A stretch of DNA of 63,187 bases, counting the filler, from Chiloscyllium plagiosum (Eukaryota), in the NCBI RefSeq assembly GCF_004010195.1. It is 5 parts of one record of this genome, joined end to end, with 100 filler letters (N's around TTAATTAATTAA, not from the genome) between each part and the next. Parts side by side here need not be neighbours in the genome. Positions count along the whole stretch, not along the records: positions 11,231 to 42,779 come from NC_057714.1; positions 42,880 to 51,777 come from NC_057714.1; 3 more parts are not named here. One strand, written 5' to 3'. The notes beneath the pieces are model-generated. The model had not been told where the DNA came from. It worked only from the letters and a program-made list of their open reading frames with translations, and ran no database searches. The position numbers were made by a program, and so were the translations under genes. Each line of letters starts with the position of its first letter. Position 1 is the first letter of the stretch. Shown piece by piece: positions 35,826 to 48,172 of the stretch.

Positions 35826-37279
35826 TTAATTTGGATCTAGTATTCTATGCAATGAGAAACAGCTAACTAATAATCTTGTTGTAAAGTAACCTTTAGTGAA
35901 CTGCAACCACAGTAAGATAGAATTTCCCATTTCAGTTTGAAAATGTTTCAATCTGAAACCAGGATCTTTAACCTAAACAAAGGAAATCATAAGTGACAAG
36001 TATATTATAGTTGACTGAGAAAATGCATTAAAAAGTATGACAGAAAATGGCTGGTATTTAAAGAATTAATACATAGTTTAGAATAAACATTTAAGTCTTT
36101 AATATTTTTTCTCCTTTTGTACTTTAGTCAACTGTGGCTGACAAAGAAGGGAGGAAGGTCCTAATGCTGCCAAAAACATCGTCTGTTTGAGGATTGGGAG
36201 CATTTTAGAATTCAAAGTCAGACCATGAGACTGCTTTTTAAAAAAAAGAATAGAACACGAATGTAAATTAAAAAGATGAATAAAAGCCTTTAGGTGTGTA
36301 AAAAGTAAAAGTATGGCAAAGTCAAATGTGGGTTCCTTACAAGTAGAGACAGAATTTATAATGAGACATGGCAGGAAAGCCAAGCTATTACTTTGTGTTT
36401 GTCGTTATGATGGAAAAATGCAACAACTTTTATAAATAAGAGATCCAAGGGATCAGTGAGAATGGGCTGTTGAAAGACATTAGTATGAGTGAAAAAAGTA
36501 GGACTAGACAAATTAATGGGACTGAAAGTTAACATGTCCTTTTGGATGCTATGATCTATGTTCTGAACATATCCTGATCTATGTCAGAAACATAAAAGCT
36601 GGAGTAGGCCATTCAGCCCCTTGAGGTTGCTCCACCATCGCAAAACATGGCTGATTATTTATCTTTCTTCTATTACGGTGATATCTCTGGAGGGGGGGGG
36701 GAGGTCAACAGTGGTGGGTTCCTTTGCTGAAATGGTGGTCCGAGGAGGTAGCACCAGTTTAGGACCCGGCAGCTTCAGTGGTGGCTGCATTTCTGAGATT
36801 GGTCCTGCACTGACTTAGAGCAGCTGCAATATTGGTGGAAGTGAGATGCTGCCAAAGAATGGTGATACAGTTCCATCGGCGGTGACATGGCTGGGCCTGG
36901 GTACCTGATGGCTGAGGCAGTGGCATTCCGGCTGCAATGGTATGTAGAGACTTGGCCACCTGAGTGTTCACAGACTGAAGGATGGGCTCAGTGGCTTTGG
37001 TTTTTCTGGTGGCACGGACTCCTGGCGAAGGTGGGAAGTGATCTGGACGCTTCCTTTTCTTATGGCAGTTCCTTTTATTTCTGTCTCTGTTTTTATTCCT
37101 GTCTTTTGTACATTTAAGATGACTTTGTACATTTTTTACACTTCCTGTACTTGATTACACACGACAATAAAATGTAAATTTACTTCTACTTAATTGAAAG
37201 AAATATCAGACAAAAGCTTCAATGACCATTACAATTCTTTTAAATGTTAGAATTACGAGTTTGCCTTCTCCTTTATTTG

Positions 37280-37455
37280 AGAATCATAGAATCCCTACAG
37301 TATGGAAACAGGCCATTTAGCCCAACAAGTCCACACTGACTCGCTGAAGAGTAACCCACCCAGACCCATTCCCCTGCCCTATTACTCTACATTTAGCCCT
37401 GACTAATGCACCTAACCCACACCATCCCTGATTACGATGTGCAATTTAGCATTCT
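37280..37455 (-). mobile_element. HE1-type SINE 3' half
   Basis: atagaatccctacagtatggaaacaggcc... tail and core. Confidence 0.8.
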
Positions 37456-38002
37456 GATCTTGGAAGCAGCCCAATGCAATGAAAGTTGAGTTGACAAATC
37501 GAGTTATGCCTCTAGAATTCCATATACAGCCACTTCAACCAATATTCTCTATTGCCATTTTGACAGTACAGCGCTATGACGTGTGTCATGGTATTGCACT
37601 GGATGGTCGTGATAAGACCAGAAACGCAACTTCTGTGCAATTCTCCTGAGAGCTAGTAAATAAGGAAATTCTGTTGCCAGTCTCCCAAATTTGGGGCCAG
37701 TGCTCCGTTTTGCGTGCTGACTCTGTTTGTGTCTGTGTCTTGCACCCACCCAATTTGCTCATGCTTGCTCTGTTTTGCCTGTGCTCTCTCCACATATTGA
37801 AAGCTAGTTTCTAAAATGAGACCTGCTTTCCTGCACGTGTGGGAGTTTAAAATATTTTTGTCAGAGCATTTTTTTTCCCATAACGGAACACATGGGTAAG
37901 GTAATCTTCTAAAACACTTAAATAGATAGAAATGGCAGCAAACAAGTTGGTAAATGATATTGTATGATGTGGAATAATTTTGGAAAGTTTGCAAACTTTA
38001 AA

Positions 38003-38345
38003 CTGGGGCGGGAGTGGCTCAGTGGTTAGCATTGCTTCTCATGGTGCCAGGGACCTGGGTTTGATCCCAGCCTTGGGTCACTCTGTGTGGAGTTTGAACG
38101 ATCTCCCTATTCCTGCAAGGGTTTCCTTGGGTTGTCCGGTTCCTTCCACAGTCAAAGATCTGCAAGTTAGATGAATTGCTTATGTTAAGTTGTCTGCAGT
38201 GTCTGGGGATGTGCTGGTTAGGTGGATTAGCCGTAGTAAATGCAGGATTACTGGGATAGGGTAGAGGGCTAGGTTTGGGTAGGAGACTGTTTGGAGAGTT
38301 GGTGCAGACCTGATGAGCTGAATGGGATTGCAGGAATTCAATGAT
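38003..38345 (+). mobile_element. HE1-type SINE (diverged, full length)
   Basis: gtggctcagtggttagc (box A), gggtttgatccc (box B), core and tail. Confidence 0.85.
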
Positions 38346-39530
38346 TTGACTAGAACAGGAAGAATCTATTTGATCTGATTCTTCAGAAAGCTTAAATATT
38401 TTGTAAGGGAATTCGTATTTGGAGAGTATTAGTGATGGGAAAACTACTAAGGGCTGCACTTCCTAAAGCTAAAGATGATGTTCCTGGGCTGTTCTCTCCC
38501 AAAGTTGGAGAGATGCTGAAGTACGTAATGTCACTCCTGGGTGTCAGCCAGAGCAGTTTCCTGTCCTGGCTATTAGTATGCCTTAAGGGCAGTCCTGGCA
38601 TAAACTGAGCCTCTGGTTGTCAGAAATACCAGTGAAAATGCAGGAAGTTTTAAAATGTTACACCTTCTTGCTGCTCAAGGACATGAGCAACCAGAAGGAC
38701 CTAATTGCCGTAGTTGGGTGAGGGGTGTTGTAGAGAGGGTGAGTGTTGGGAGCTTTGGGCATGTCGGAGGGTTGAATTTTATGCCTAATCTGTGTTTGAC
38801 CTCTGCTATGTTATACTTTTATTGTTAACCCGTGACAGCAGTGTGTTCCCAAAGTGTTTTTGCAGCAAATTTGAGGTAGGAACTGAAGACATCCTTTCTT
38901 GCTTCATTAACACAGGAGACCTGTGGTAACATCAGGAAGTCATGAACCGACAGATGTGGTAGTTAGGTGCTTACATGACAGAGAACGGAAGTGAAGTTTA
39001 TGATTGCAAGATTCTTGTGAAGAAGCAGTAATTTTTGTGCAAAAAGGTTTCCTCATTTCTCCAATCCACGGTATCCAGGAGAACAGATTTCCAGGGAAAG
39101 GATCATAAATTAGTCACACATATCATCCAGCAACAATACCCAAACTTCTGACGATATGGACCACTGAGGTGTACATACCATGAGGCTCATACATCAAACC
39201 TGATTCCATGCATTCTACAAGTTGGCATATAACTTGCAGGTTCTGTGTTTTGCCTTTCAGTCTTGCCTATCAATTAGACCATAATACTAACTACAGGCCT
39301 TTCCAAACTTTCATGTCAATAAAATATGCACAGTTCTGATTTGACTGCTTTCTACTATAAGTGAAAATATGGTTACCAGTTGAAGACCAATTCACAGAGC
39401 TTGAGAACTGGACGTGGCTCTCGAGTCATAAAGCATGTAAACAGACCCTGGGGCCCAATTTGTCCATGCTGACCAGGTTTCCTGAACTGAACTAGCCCCA
39501 TTTACCTGCATTTTCCCTGTAAACTATGTA

Positions 39531-39740
39531 GGTAAAAACAATGACTGCAGATGCTGGAAACCAGATTCTGGATCAGTGGTGCTGGAAAAGCACAGCAGCT
39601 CAGGCGGCATCCGAAGAGCAGTAAAATCGACGTTTCGGGCAAAAGCCCTTCATCAGGAGGGTTTTTTCCAAAACTTCGATTTTACTGTTCCTGGGAAGCT
39701 GCCTGAACTGCCGTGCTTTTCCAGCACTACTAATCCAGAA
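39531..39740 (-). mobile_element. PLE-derived fold-back mini-element (family 2)
   Basis: Minus-strand ctgatgaagggcttttgcccgaaacgtcga at about 39627-39656. Inverted arm 39660-39740. Degenerate TSD cctgtaaactatgta / cctgtaaagcatgca. Confidence 0.82.
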
Positions 39741-40467
39741 CCTGTAAAGCATGCATCCGTCCAGATATCTTTTAAATGTTGTAATTGTACCTCTACCACA
39801 TCGTCTGGCAGCTCATTCCATAAACACATGACTCACTGTGTGAAAAGTTGCTCCTCTGGTCCCTTTTTAAATCATTTCCTTCTCACCTTAAGCCTGTGTC
39901 CTCCAGTTTTCCTTGGGGAGGGGGCAGAAACCTTGGGTATTCATCTTATCTATGCCCCTCATGATTTTTTTAAAACTCTCAGCCCACTACACACCAGGGG
40001 GGAAAAAAAATGTCCCAACCTCTCCTTTTAACTCAAACCCTGGAGTCATTGTAACATCCTTGTAAATCTCTTTTGCATCCTTTCCAGTTTAATAACTTTC
40101 TTCCCATAGCAGGGTGACCAGAATTCTCGCAGAACTCCAAATGTAGCCAATGTCTTGTATAACCATAACATGATGTCCCAACTTCTGTACTTAGTGCTCT
40201 AACTGATGAAGGCAAGCTTGCCAAGTGCCACCCTCACCACTCTGTTTCCCTGTAACACTACTTGCAAGGAATTACGTACCTGCACCCCCGGGTCCTTTGT
40301 TTGACATCGTGCCTCAGGGTCCTATCATTAAATGTGTAACTCCGACCAGGTTTGTTTCACCAAAATTTAACACCGTTTAATTTATTTAAATTAAACTCCA
40401 TCTGCTGTACCTTGTTCCACTAGACCAGTCAATCAAGATTCTCGTGGTACTCTTAGAGGACCTTCTT

Positions 40468-40745
40468 GGAGCGGCACGGTGACTCAATGGTTAGTACTGC
40501 TGCCTCACAGCCAGGGATTCTGGTTCAATTCCAGCCTGAGGTGATTGTGTGGAGTTTACACATTCTCCCATGTCTGCTTGATGTGAAGGTCAGATGAATT
40601 GGCCATGCTAAGTTGCCCGTAGTGTTAGGTGCATTAGTCAGCGGAAAATGCAGGGGAATGGGTCAAGTTGGGTTACTATTCGGAAGGTCAATGTGGACTT
40701 GTTGGGCCTAATGGCCTGTTTCTACGCTACATGGATTCTAATCTG
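40468..40745 (+). mobile_element. HE1-type SINE with internal deletion
   Basis: gcggcacggtgactcaatggttagtactgctgcctcacagc head and HE1 tail. Confidence 0.85.
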
Positions 40746-41427
40746 TAGGGATTCTAACCTTTTTCATTGTCCACTGTACCACCAATTCTGGTGTCATCCG
40801 CAAACTTATAACCATCCCTCCTATAGGGCCTTGGGTTGGATACACATTGATGCCTCAGAGTGGTGTTGAATTCACACTATTTTTTATTTTGTTTTGCTAA
40901 ATGGTTAAAGGGTTAGTACTGTTGATATTGTATTTGTGGGACTTTTTTTTGGAATGGAGGTTGGGAGCACTGCCACCCAGTGTCATAATAGCTTACTGAT
41001 ATGGACTTGAGGCAGGGGTCAGGAAATGAAACCCGGCAACCCATTTAAAGTTAGTTTTTTGTTCCCATCAAGTTAATTTATTTCCCATTAAAGGTGAGTC
41101 TGTGATTTTTGAAGTGAGGTACAGGAACTGTGCTAGACAGATATCTACAAGGGGAATATGATGCAGGAGGGAGCTGGTCATGAGCATGCCCTTCAATGAA
41201 ATGGGTTCATAAATGCTTGGAAGGCTCAGAAGGTGCTCCCAACCATTTGATATACACGGTTATCTGGGCAATGAGCGCTTGGATAGTTGACTTGGTGAGA
41301 GGAGGTGTCGGGGGGTCTGCAAGGATCATGGAACCATAAGGGAGTTATCCTGGAAGTAGTTTGAGTGTATCTGACCGTATGTAAGGCAACAGCTGGACGT
41401 GAGCTAAGATCATTGGAGATGGAGTTG

Positions 41428-41758
41428 AATAACAGTAAGGATCACCATTATCCAGAAACTAAAGCAGATCCCACGGGCTTGAGAGCAGAGGTGCAGGGAG
41501 CAAAGAATGTAATAACTTCAGCATAGAGTTTACCACTGAAGAATGAACTGGAAGAACAATGCTAAAGAGTCAGTGCCATGGGAAACTGCCGATCAGCAGG
41601 TAGTTTCTAATGGTTGTCTCCTAATTGAAGAAAACTTCAGATCTCAGATAATTTCTAAGACATACCCTGTCAGCTGTTAAAATCATCATGGCCTTGAACT
41701 TCTGTAATCTTTGGATCATTCTGAGCAGTGAATCTTTATTGTCTCTGTCTCTGTGTGT

Positions 41759-41796
<38 letters not shown>

Positions 41797-42042
41797 GCAG
41801 CATAATAATGTAAGACAAGTCATCGTTCTATCTGCAAGAGCAATGGATATTAAATAACTTTCAAATGGATGGACATCAAAGGCCTATGAAAGCAATGCTC
41901 CCTTCACAATTACAGCATGAAGTTCATTCTTCAGTGGTAAACTCTATGCTGAAGTTATTACATTTTTTGCTCCCTGCACCTCTGCTCTCAAGCCCATGGG
42001 ATCTGCTTTAGCTTCTGGATAATGGTGATCCTTACTGTTATT
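41428..42042. repeat. 122-bp inverted repeat (41428-41549 / 41921-42042) around a decayed Harbinger transposase fragment
   Basis: The arms differ at 3 positions by eye. The spacer reads EEQC...QVVSNGCLLIEEN...AVKIIMALNFC...NVRQVI, resembling the Harbinger N-terminal region (VKVTAALNFYATGSFQ), and contains a (CT)n microsatellite. Confidence 0.85.
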
Positions 42043-42779
42043 ATAGAACATAGAACAGTACAGGCCCTATGTCTCCCACAATCCCATTCCTCTGCATTTT
42101 GTAGAATAGCCTACTGTGGGGAACCTTATCGAACACCTTGCTGAAATCCATATACACCACGTCAACTGGTTTACTCTCATTTACCTGTTTGGTCACTTTG
42201 TCAAAAAATTCAATAAGATTCATTAGGCACGACCTACCCTTCACAAAACCGTGCTGACTGAACCTGATCAGATTATTCTTCTAGATGGTTATAAATCCTA
42301 TCTCTTATAACCTTTTCCAACACTTTACCAACAACTGAAGTGAGACTCACTGATCTGTAATTACCAAGGTTGTCTCTACTACCTTTTTGAACAAGGGAAC
42401 CACATTTGCTATCCTCCTGTCCTCAGGCACAATTCCTGTAGACAATGATGATTTGAAGATCAATGCCAAAGGCTCGGAAATCTCTTCCCTTGCTTCCCAG
42501 AGGATCCTAGGATAGATCCCATCTGGCCCAGGGGACTTGTCTATTTTCACAGTCTGCAGTATTTATAATACCTCTTCCTTGTGAACCTCAATCTCTTCTA
42601 GTCTAGATGCAAGTATCTCTATATCTTCCTCGCCAACATTTTCATTTTCTATAGTGAACACTGTCGAAAAATATTTATTTAGTGCCTCCCCTATCTCCTC
42701 TGACTCCACACACAAACTTCCCACTATTATCCTTGATTGGCCCTAATTTAAGTCTCGTCATTCTTTTATTCCTGACATA
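42043..42779 (-). mobile_element. CR1 fragment with a 3' tail joined directly to the RT region (internal deletion)
   Basis: atagaacatagaacagtaca tail, then KIDKSPGPDGIYPRILWEAREEI and CLMNLIEFFDKVTK...DFSKVFDKVPH. Cut by the gap. Confidence 0.88.
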
Positions 42780-43542
42780 NNNNNNNNNNNNNNNNNNNNN
42801 NNNNNNNNNNNNNNNNNNNNNNNTTAATTAATTAANNNNNNNNNNNNNNNNNNNNNNNNNNNNNNNNNNNNNNNNNNNNTTCAGTGTTTTATTACTTTAT
42901 AGGTTGATTCTCGATCTGTACCCTCAATTCAGTGTTTTATTTCTTTATGTGTTGTTTTCTATCTGCACTCTTAGTTGAGTTTTTCATTTCTTTATGTGTT
43001 GTTTCTTTATCTGTGCTCGCAGTTCAGTCTTTTATTTCTTTCTGTGTTGTTTCTCTATCTGTACTCTGTTCAGTGTGTTGTTTCTTTATCTGTACTCTGA
43101 GTTCAGTTTCTTGTTTCTCTGTGTGGGCGCTCAGTGTTGTTTCTCTATCTGTACTCTCAGTTCAGTGCTTTGTTTCTCTGTCTGCAGTCTCAATTAACTG
43201 TGTTGTTTATCCATCTGTTCTCCGAGGTCAGTGTGTTATTTCAATATCTGTCCTCCAAGGTCAGTGTGTTGTTTGTCTACCTGTACTCTCAGTTCAGTGA
43301 GTTGTTTCTCTATCTGTACACACAGTTACTCTCAGTTCAGTGTTTTGTTTCTCCATCTGTATTTGCAGTTCAGTGTGTTGTTTCTCTGTGTCCTCTCAAT
43401 TCAGTGTGTTGTTTCTCTATCTGTACTCTCAGTTCAGTGCTTTGTTTCTCTGTCTGTACTCTCAATTAACTGTGTTTTTTCTCCATCTGTTCTCCCAGGT
43501 CAGCGTGTTATTTCAATATCTGTCCTCCAAGTTCAGTGTGTT

Positions 43543-43710
43543 TTAGATTAGATTACTTTACTTTAGATTAGAATACTTTACAGTGTGGAAACAGGCCCTT
43601 CGGCCCAACAAGTCCACACCGACCCGCCGAAGCGCAAACCACCCATACCCCTTACCTAACACTACGGACAATTTAATATGGCCAATTCACCTGACCTGCT
43701 CATCTTTGGA
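43543..43710 (-). mobile_element. HE1-type SINE 3' half inserted in the satellite
   Basis: ttagattagattac tail, cagtgtggaaacaggcccttcggcccaacaagtccacacc. Confidence 0.88.
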
Positions 43711-44159
43711 TGTATTTGTTTACCTGTTGTTTATCTATATGCACTCTCAGGTCAGTGTGTTATTTCAATAGCTGTCCTCCAAATTCAGTTTGTTGTTTCT
43801 CCATCTTTCCTCTCAGTTCAGTGTTTTGTTTCTCTATCTGTACTCTCAGTTGTGTGTGTTGTTTTTCTATCTGGACTGTCGGTCCAGTGCTTTGTTTCTC
43901 TGTCTGTACTCTCAATTATCTCAGTGTTTTGTCTCCATCTGTTCTCCCAGGTCAGTGTGTTATTTCAATAGCTGTCCTCCAAATTCAGTTTGCTGTTTCT
44001 CTATCTTTCCTCTCAGTTCAGTGTGTTATTTCTCAATCTTTACTCTCAGTTCAGTGTGTTGTATCTCTACCTTTCCTCTCAGTTCAGTGTTTCAATTCTG
44101 TATCTGAACTCACAGTTCAGTGTTTTGTTTCTCTGTCTGTGCTCTCAATTCAGTGTGTT

Positions 44160-45005
44160 AGATAGATAGATAGATAGCAGAGTGCAGCACAGAATAGGCC
44201 CTTGAACCCACGATGTTGCGCCGACCATTGATCTTCATGTATGCACCCTCAAATTTCTGTGACCTTGCTTCCACAACTGCTGCTGGCAACGCATTCCATG
44301 CTCTCATAACTCTCTGTATAAAGAACCCACCTCTGACATCCCCTCTATACTTTCCTCTAATCAGTGTGACCCCTTGTGTTAGCCATTTCTGCCCTGGGAA
44401 ATAGTTCTCTGGCTATTGACTCTATCTATGCCTTTCATTATCTTGTATACTTCAATTAGGTCCCATCTCCTCCTCCTTTTCTCCAATGACAAAAGTCCGA
44501 GCTCAGTCAACCTCTCTTCATAAGATAAGCCCTCCAGTCCAGGCAGCATCCTGGTAAACCTCCTCTGAACCCTCTCCAAAGCATCCACATCTTTCCTATA
44601 ATAGGGCGACGAGAACTGGACGCAGTATTCCAAGTGCGGTCTAACCAAAGTTTTATAGAGCTGCAAGAAGATCTCACGACTCTTAAACTTAATCCCCCTG
44701 TTAATGAAAGCCAAAACAGAACATGCTTTCTTAACAACCCTGTCCACTTGGGTGGCTATTTTAAGGGATCTATGCACCTGCACACCAAGATCTCTCTGTT
44801 CCTCCACACTGCCAAGAATCCTATCCTTAATCCTGTACTCAGCTTTCAAATTCAACCTTCCAAAATGCATCACCTCACATTTATCCAGGTTGAACTCCAT
44901 CTGCCACCTCTCAGCCCATCTCTGCATCCTGTCAATGTCCCGCTGAAGCCTACAAATGCCCAGTATAATGTCAACGACACCTCCAACCTTTGTGTCGTCT
45001 GCTGA
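44160..45005 (-). mobile_element. 5'-truncated CR1 inserted in the satellite; RT C-terminus largely open
   Basis: ADDTKVGGVVD...WQMEFNLDKCEVMHFG...RDLGVQVH...LVRPHLEYCVQF...DLIEVYKIM. (CTAT)n tail. Confidence 0.93.
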
Positions 45006-47857
45006 CACATCTGTGTTGTTTGTCAGTACTCAGTGCAGTGTGTTATTTCTCTATCTTTACTCTCAGTTCAGTGTGTTGTTGCTCTACCTGTATTCACAGT
45101 GCAGTATGTTGTATCTCTATCTGCATTATCAGTTTGCCCAGTATAATGTCAACGACACCTCCAACCTTTGTGTCGTCTGCTGACACATCTGTGTTGTTTG
45201 TCAGTACTCAATGCAGTGTGTTATTTCTCTATCTTTACTCTCAGTTCAGTGTGTTGTTGCTCTACCCGTATTCACAGTGCAGTATGTTGTATCTCTATCT
45301 GCAGTATCAGTTCAGTGTGTTGTTTCTCTATCTGTACTCGCACGTCAGTTGTGTTATTTTTCTATGTGTGCACTCAATTCACTGAGTTGTTCCTTTATCT
45401 GTAATCTCAGTTAAGTTTGTTGTTTCTCTGTGTGCGCTCTCAGTTCATTGTGTTGTTTCTCTGTCTGTACTTGCAGGACAGTGTGTTTTTTCTCTATCTT
45501 TCCTCTCAATTCAGTGTTTTGTTTCTGTATCTGTACTCCCAGTTCAGTGTAAAATTTCTCTATCTGTACTCCCAGTTCAGTGTATTGTTTCTGTATCTTT
45601 CCTCTCACCGTGATGTTTTGTTTCCATATGTGTGCTCTCAGGTCTGTGTGTTTTTTCTCTATCTTTCCTCTCAGTTCAGTGTTTTGTTTCTCTATCTGTT
45701 CTCGCAGTTCAATATGTTGGTTCTCAATCTGTACTCGCAATTCAGCGTGTTGTTTCTCTATCTGTACTCTCATTTCATTGTGTTGTTTCTCCATCTGTAC
45801 TCAGTTCAGTGTGTTGTTTCTCTGTCTGTACTCTCAATTAACTGTTTTTTTCTCCATCTGTTATCCCAGGTCAGTGTGTTATTTCAATATCTGTCCTCCA
45901 AGTTCAGTGTGTTGTTTATCTGGCTTTCCTCTCATTACAGAGTGTTATTAATCTATCTGTACTCCCAGTTCAGTGTTTCTCTACTTTCCTTTCAGTTCAG
46001 TGTTTCATTTCTGTATCTGTACTCTCAGTTCAGTGTTTTGTTTCTCTGTCTGTGCTCTCAGTTCAGTGGTTTATTTCTTTGTGTTTTTTCTCCACCTGTA
46101 CACTCAGTTCAGTGTTTTAATTGTTTATGTGTTGTTACTCTGTCTGTTCTCGCAGTTCAGTATGTTGTTTCTCTATTTTGACTCAGTTCAGTATTTAGTT
46201 TTTCTATCAGTACTCACACTTCAATGTATTGTCACTTGATGTGTACTTTTGGTTCAGCGTGTTGTTTCTCTCTCTGTACTCTCTGTATGTTGTATCTCGA
46301 TCTGCATTATCAGTTCAGTGTGTTGTTTCTCTATCTGTTCTCACAGTTCAGTGAGTTGTTTCTCTTTGTGTACTCGCACATCAGTGTGTTATTTCTCTAT
46401 CTGTACTCTCAGTTCAGTCATTTATTTCTTTGTGTTGTTTCTCGATCAGTACTCTCGGTTCAGTGTTTTATTTCTTTCTGTGTTGTTTCTCTATCTGTTC
46501 TCGTAGTTCAGTGTGTTGTTTCTCCATTTGTGCTCTCAGTTCAGTGCTTTGTTTCTCTATCAGTACTCATACTTCAGTGAATTGTTTCTCGATGCGTAAT
46601 TTTGGTTCAGTGTGTTGTTTCTCTTCTGTTCTTGCAGTGCAGTGTTTTATTACTTTGTGTTGTTTCTCTATCTGTACTCGCAGTGCGGTGTGTTGTTTCT
46701 CTATCTGTTCTCGCCATTAAGTATGTCATTTCTGTATTTTGACTCTCAGTTCACTATTTTGTTTCTCCATGTGTACTCTCAGTTCAGTGTATTGTTTCTC
46801 TATCTGTACTCTCAATTAACTGGGTTTTTTCTCCATCTGTTCTCCCAGGTCAGTGTGTCATTTCAATACCTGTCCTCCAAGTTCAGTGTGTTGTTTCTCT
46901 ATCTTTTCTCTCAGTTCATTGTTTTGTTTCTGTATCTGTTCTCACAGTTCAGTGTTTTGTTTCTCTATCCGTGCTCTCAATTCAGTGTGTTGTTTTTGTG
47001 TACTCGCAGTGCAGTGTGTTATTTCTCTATCTTTACTCTCAGTTCAGTGTTTTGTTTCTCTATATGTATTCTCAGGTCAGTGTGTTGTTTCTTTACCTGT
47101 ATTCTCTGTTCAGTTTGTTGTTTCTCGATCTGTTCTCCCAGTTCAGTGTGTTGTTTCTCTGTGTGTACTCTCAGTTCAGTGTCTTGTTTCTCTCTCTGTA
47201 CTCGCAGTGCAGTGTGTTGTTTCTCTATCTATACTCACAGTTCAGTGTGTTGTTTCTCTATCTGTACTTTCAATTCAGTGTGTTGTTTCTCAATCTGTAC
47301 TCTCAGTTCTGTGTTTTATTTCTTTACGTGTTGTTTCTCTATCTATACTCGCAGTGCAGTATGTTCTTTCTCTATCTTTTCTGCCAGTTCAGTGTGTTGG
47401 TTCTCTGTCTGTTCTCGCATTTCAGTGTGTTACTTCTCTATTTTGACTCTCAGATCAGTGTTTTGTTTCTCTATCAGGACTTGCAGTTCAGTGTATTGCT
47501 TCTCAATGTGTCCTTTTGGTTCAGTGAGTTGTATATCTATCTCTACTCTCAGTTCAGTGTGTTGTTTCTCTATCTGTACTTTCAATTCAGTGTGTTGTTT
47601 CTCAATCTGTACTCTCAGTTCAGTGTTTTATTTCTTTACGTGTTGTTTCTCTATCTATACTCGCAGTGCAGTATGTTCTTTCTCTATCTTTTCTGCCAGT
47701 TCAGTGTGTTGGTTCTCTGTCTGTTCTCTCATTTCAGTGTGTTACTTCTCTATTTTGACTCTCAGATCAGTGTTTTGTTTCTCTATCAGTACTTGCAATT
47801 CAGTGTATTGCTTCTCGATGTGTCCTTTTGGTTCAGTGAGTTGTATATCTATCTCTA

Positions 47858-48172
47858 GATTAGATTAGATTACAGTGTAGAAACAGGCCCTTCAGCCCAA
47901 CAAGTCCACACCGACCCGCCGAAGCGAAACCCACCCATACCCCTACATTTACCCCTTACCTAACACTACGGGCAATTTAGTATGGCCAATTCACCTGACC
48001 CTGCACATCTTTGTGATGTGGGAGGAAACCGGAGCACCCGGAGGAAGCCCACGCAGACACGGGGAGAACGTGCAAACTCCACACAGTCAGTCGCCTGAGG
48101 CGGGAATTGAACCCGGGTCTCTGGCGCTGTGAGGCAGCAGTGCTAACCACTGTGCCACCGTGCCGCCCACAA
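47858..48172 (-). mobile_element. Full-length young HE1-type SINE inserted in the satellite
   Basis: Head ttgtgggcggcacggtggcacagtggttagc (box A), gggttcaattccc (box B), core, (TAATC)n tail. The satellite resumes in register with essentially no TSD. Confidence 0.95.

Larger units (their letters stand above)
39424..40810 (-). mobile_element. CR1 3' portion hosting a PLE fold-back and an HE1 SINE
   Basis: CR1 3'UTR at 39424-39520 and the RT C-terminal region on the minus strand (e.g. ttaaactccatctgc = QMEFN). Confidence 0.8.

Noticed and set aside
48100..48172. tRNA-like box A/box B sequences here and in other copies
   Set aside because: These are SINE heads continuing into the HE1 core and tail, not tRNA genes.
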